From assembly GCA_905178155.1 (NCBI GenBank), contig CAJINV010000004.1:4938619-5002618 (forward strand): 64,000 nt of DNA, in the 5' to 3' direction. This DNA is from Amoebophrya sp. A120 (lineage: Eukaryota; Protista; Dinoflagellata). Below the pieces are notes generated by a model. That model was not told where the DNA came from. It did not search any database and worked only from the letters and a program-made list of their open reading frames with translations. Shown one piece after another: positions 61,901-64,000 of this stretch. Numbering within the stretch: the first letter of the stretch is position 1; the number at the start of each line of letters is the position of its first letter. Made by a program: the position numbers and the translations under genes.

Positions 61901-64000
61901 CTGCTAACTAGCATGACAGAAGGCAGATCTTTTGCCCTAAACCGCATGACAGACTCGCTTCCAGGACCGGGAAAATTTGTAATGCGCCGACTACAAACTG
62001 CAGGTCTAGCTGGTATCTGTTTTATGCATGGCAAACTATTTCAACTTTGTCGATTTCAACTCTGACACATCCATAGACAGGCGTTCTTCGGTATCTTCCC
62101 CATCCAGCTCTTCGTCTATTTCTTCTGGAGGTTCCGAGCTCTGCTCGACGAAATTCTCTATGTCACTGCCGTCTTCTTCCGTGTGGTCGTCGGAGGACTT
62201 AATGTTGTTTATTGTTGAGGATGAGGGCCTAATATCATTCTTCTTTGGTGGTGCGCCTGCGCGGTTCAGTATGATCGGGATCTCGGTGAAGGTTCCGATC
62301 GTGGGGGTGGAGGCTGCGGGAATGTTGGAGATCTTTTCTCGAACAGAAGATATTTTCGACTTCGGATTCGGATCTTTGTCTACTTTCGAAGTTGCACCAT
62401 TTGATGTTGTTCCCTTAGCTGCAGCTCCTGTTGCCGACGACGTGTCTTTTTCCTTATCCTTATTTGCAGCAGGTATGGTACTTCCTGCTCCATAGAAATC
62501 GTTCCTCACGGTAACCGGCTTGGCGTCCTGCTTGCGACTACTGTATCGCTCGCCCCGGGCCGTGTTGATCTCCTTTTTCTTTCCATTCGGAGATAAAATC
62601 GGGCCGCTACCACCGTTGCTTATTCCCCCGCTCTGCTGTAGAAGTTGTCCTTCCCTCTCCTCCATTTGTGCCATCCCCGGCTGCGCCTGCCGGTAGGGAC
62701 TGGCGTAAAAGGAGCTTAGCCCGTGGGCGTTCACCGCGTTTTTCGACCGAAACGGAAACCCGTCCGACGACACCGCGCCCGGAAGGTTGACCGCTAAAGG
62801 CGTTGCGTTTGCGGGTGCGGGGACGATTTTCTCGATGGATAAACTGGGCGTCGCGTTCAACTCGAGAAGCCAGGGCTTCATGTTTTGGTCTAACAGAATG
62901 TCGATCCCGATGACGTGGTTAAACGTCACATCCGCGTTGCCGAACTTCAAATCTTCGCTTAAAGCCTGCACCGCCATCAATTCCGTGAGTAAACTGGGGG
63001 AAATTGCGAGCAAAATCTTTTTCGTGATCTGTTCCATCTGCTGCCAGAAGGTGGCAATGGAGAACTTCCCCGGGTACCGTTTTTCCAGCAACGTCAACGT
63101 CGAAGACAATAGTCTTTTCGACTTCCCCTCCCGAAATTGCAGCGATTTCTTGTTGATCGCGTAATTTGTCAAATGACTGGACTCGTTTTTCGCCCGGTCG
63201 TCCTGGTGATTTGCGCCTTTGTACTTCGTTGTACAGAACCGGGCCAAGCCCTCGCGATACAGCAACGCCTTCAAGTGCGGCATCACCTCGGTGACCACAA
63301 TGTAGAGCCGCAAGTCGAACTTCAGCCCGTCGAGTAACAACGGGTTCTCCACGTATTGCTGCGCGACGGATTTCCGGCCGTTCCCGCTGATGTGGAACTT
63401 CTCCATGTGGTTGTTCAGCTCGGCCAACCCCCGGCAGAGGAAAATCCCGTGTCCCTGCGTGCCAAATTCCGGCTTTACGATCAACGTGTTTTTCAGCCCG
63501 TGCTTGGGGTCGCGGCAGTCTCGGCGTAAGAGCGCTGCTTGGTCGGGGAGAATGTAGGTCTCGGGCACGTGGAGGTCTAAGTCTTCCTTGTCGAAAAACG
63601 GTTTGACCACCTGGAGTAACCTGTGAAACCTAACTTTCTCGCACACGTCCGCCATACCGGGAATTTTCGTGACCTTCACGAAGGGCTGGGCCTTGCCTTG
63701 CGCGGCGGATTTCGGTTTGGTGATGGTGTTCCCGCTCGCGGTTTGGGTTTTCGTCGTGCCTGTAAGGATGAGGATAAGCATGTGTAGATCTTCATTGTAG
63801 TCCTGGATTCTGATGCAGCTTATGCTTTTCTTTACCGAAGACGAATTTGACCTGCGTCCATATTTTTGCTGGAAGACGAGGGCGAGGCCAACTACGACGC
63901 ATGAGAGAAACAAAGTGTGTGAGCGAGAAAAATATTTTTACAACCGTAGAAAAAAAGCCCTCGCGAAACGGAAACCTTCAAGAACTCGAACGTACATGTA
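58953..64000 (-). CDS. Tubulin-tyrosine-ligase-like (TTLL, polyglutamylase-type) protein; 5' end at or beyond the window edge
   Basis: PGMADVCEK, VPETYILP, IVKPEFGTQGHGIFL, QQYVENPLLLDGLKFDLRLY, YREGLARFCT, HLTNYAINK, GIDILLD..PWLLELNATPSL. Joins in frame to ORF 59545-61749 across the element at 61762. Confidence 0.88.
59073..59334. mobile_element. Introner family A (262 bp)
   Basis: Family A TIRs (left end reads TGT); direct repeat ccacc. Confidence 0.9.
61762..62075. mobile_element. Introner family G (314 bp)
   Basis: 39-bp TIR TATGGA.G.GTCAG..TTGAAATCG.CAAAGTTGAAATA; direct repeat gacag; removal gives EERLSNLLSNSGM. Confidence 0.92.

Noticed and set aside
1-64000. Dinoflagellate spliced-leader relics, tRNA or rRNA genes
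   Set aside because: No convincing match to CCGTAGCCATTTTGGCTCAAG or to tRNA/rRNA seen by eye; a computational scan is needed to exclude them

Overview
Gene-dense eukaryotic DNA, most likely from the parasitic dinoflagellate Amoebophrya (Syndiniales). This is inferred from the unidirectional gene order and the inverted-repeat/direct-repeat non-canonical introns. About 14 genes lie on the minus strand: an endonuclease III with an ankyrin tail, two MIF4G proteins (one fused to a Cid1/TUT nucleotidyltransferase), RPL9, CFAP53, a DHHC palmitoyltransferase, a TTLL ligase, an AP2-domain ORF, and several membrane or coiled-coil hypotheticals. The dominant signal is 28 introner-like elements of 145-334 bp in seven terminal-inverted-repeat (TIR) families. 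Each is bounded by TA(T)...(A)TA-type ends, flanked by an exact or diverged 5-bp direct repeat, and sits inside a coding exon. Removing the element plus one repeat copy restored the frame at every junction I translated. The families share a terminal architecture and a helically phased internal motif (TTGTNATGC/GCATNACAA) that also occurs in canonical introns. Other notable features are a 3.86-kb giant intron-like element with a central palindrome, a covarying hairpin array nested inside an introner, and a predicted TUTase-MIF4G fusion. All gene models were spliced by eye; no RNA data or database searches were available.
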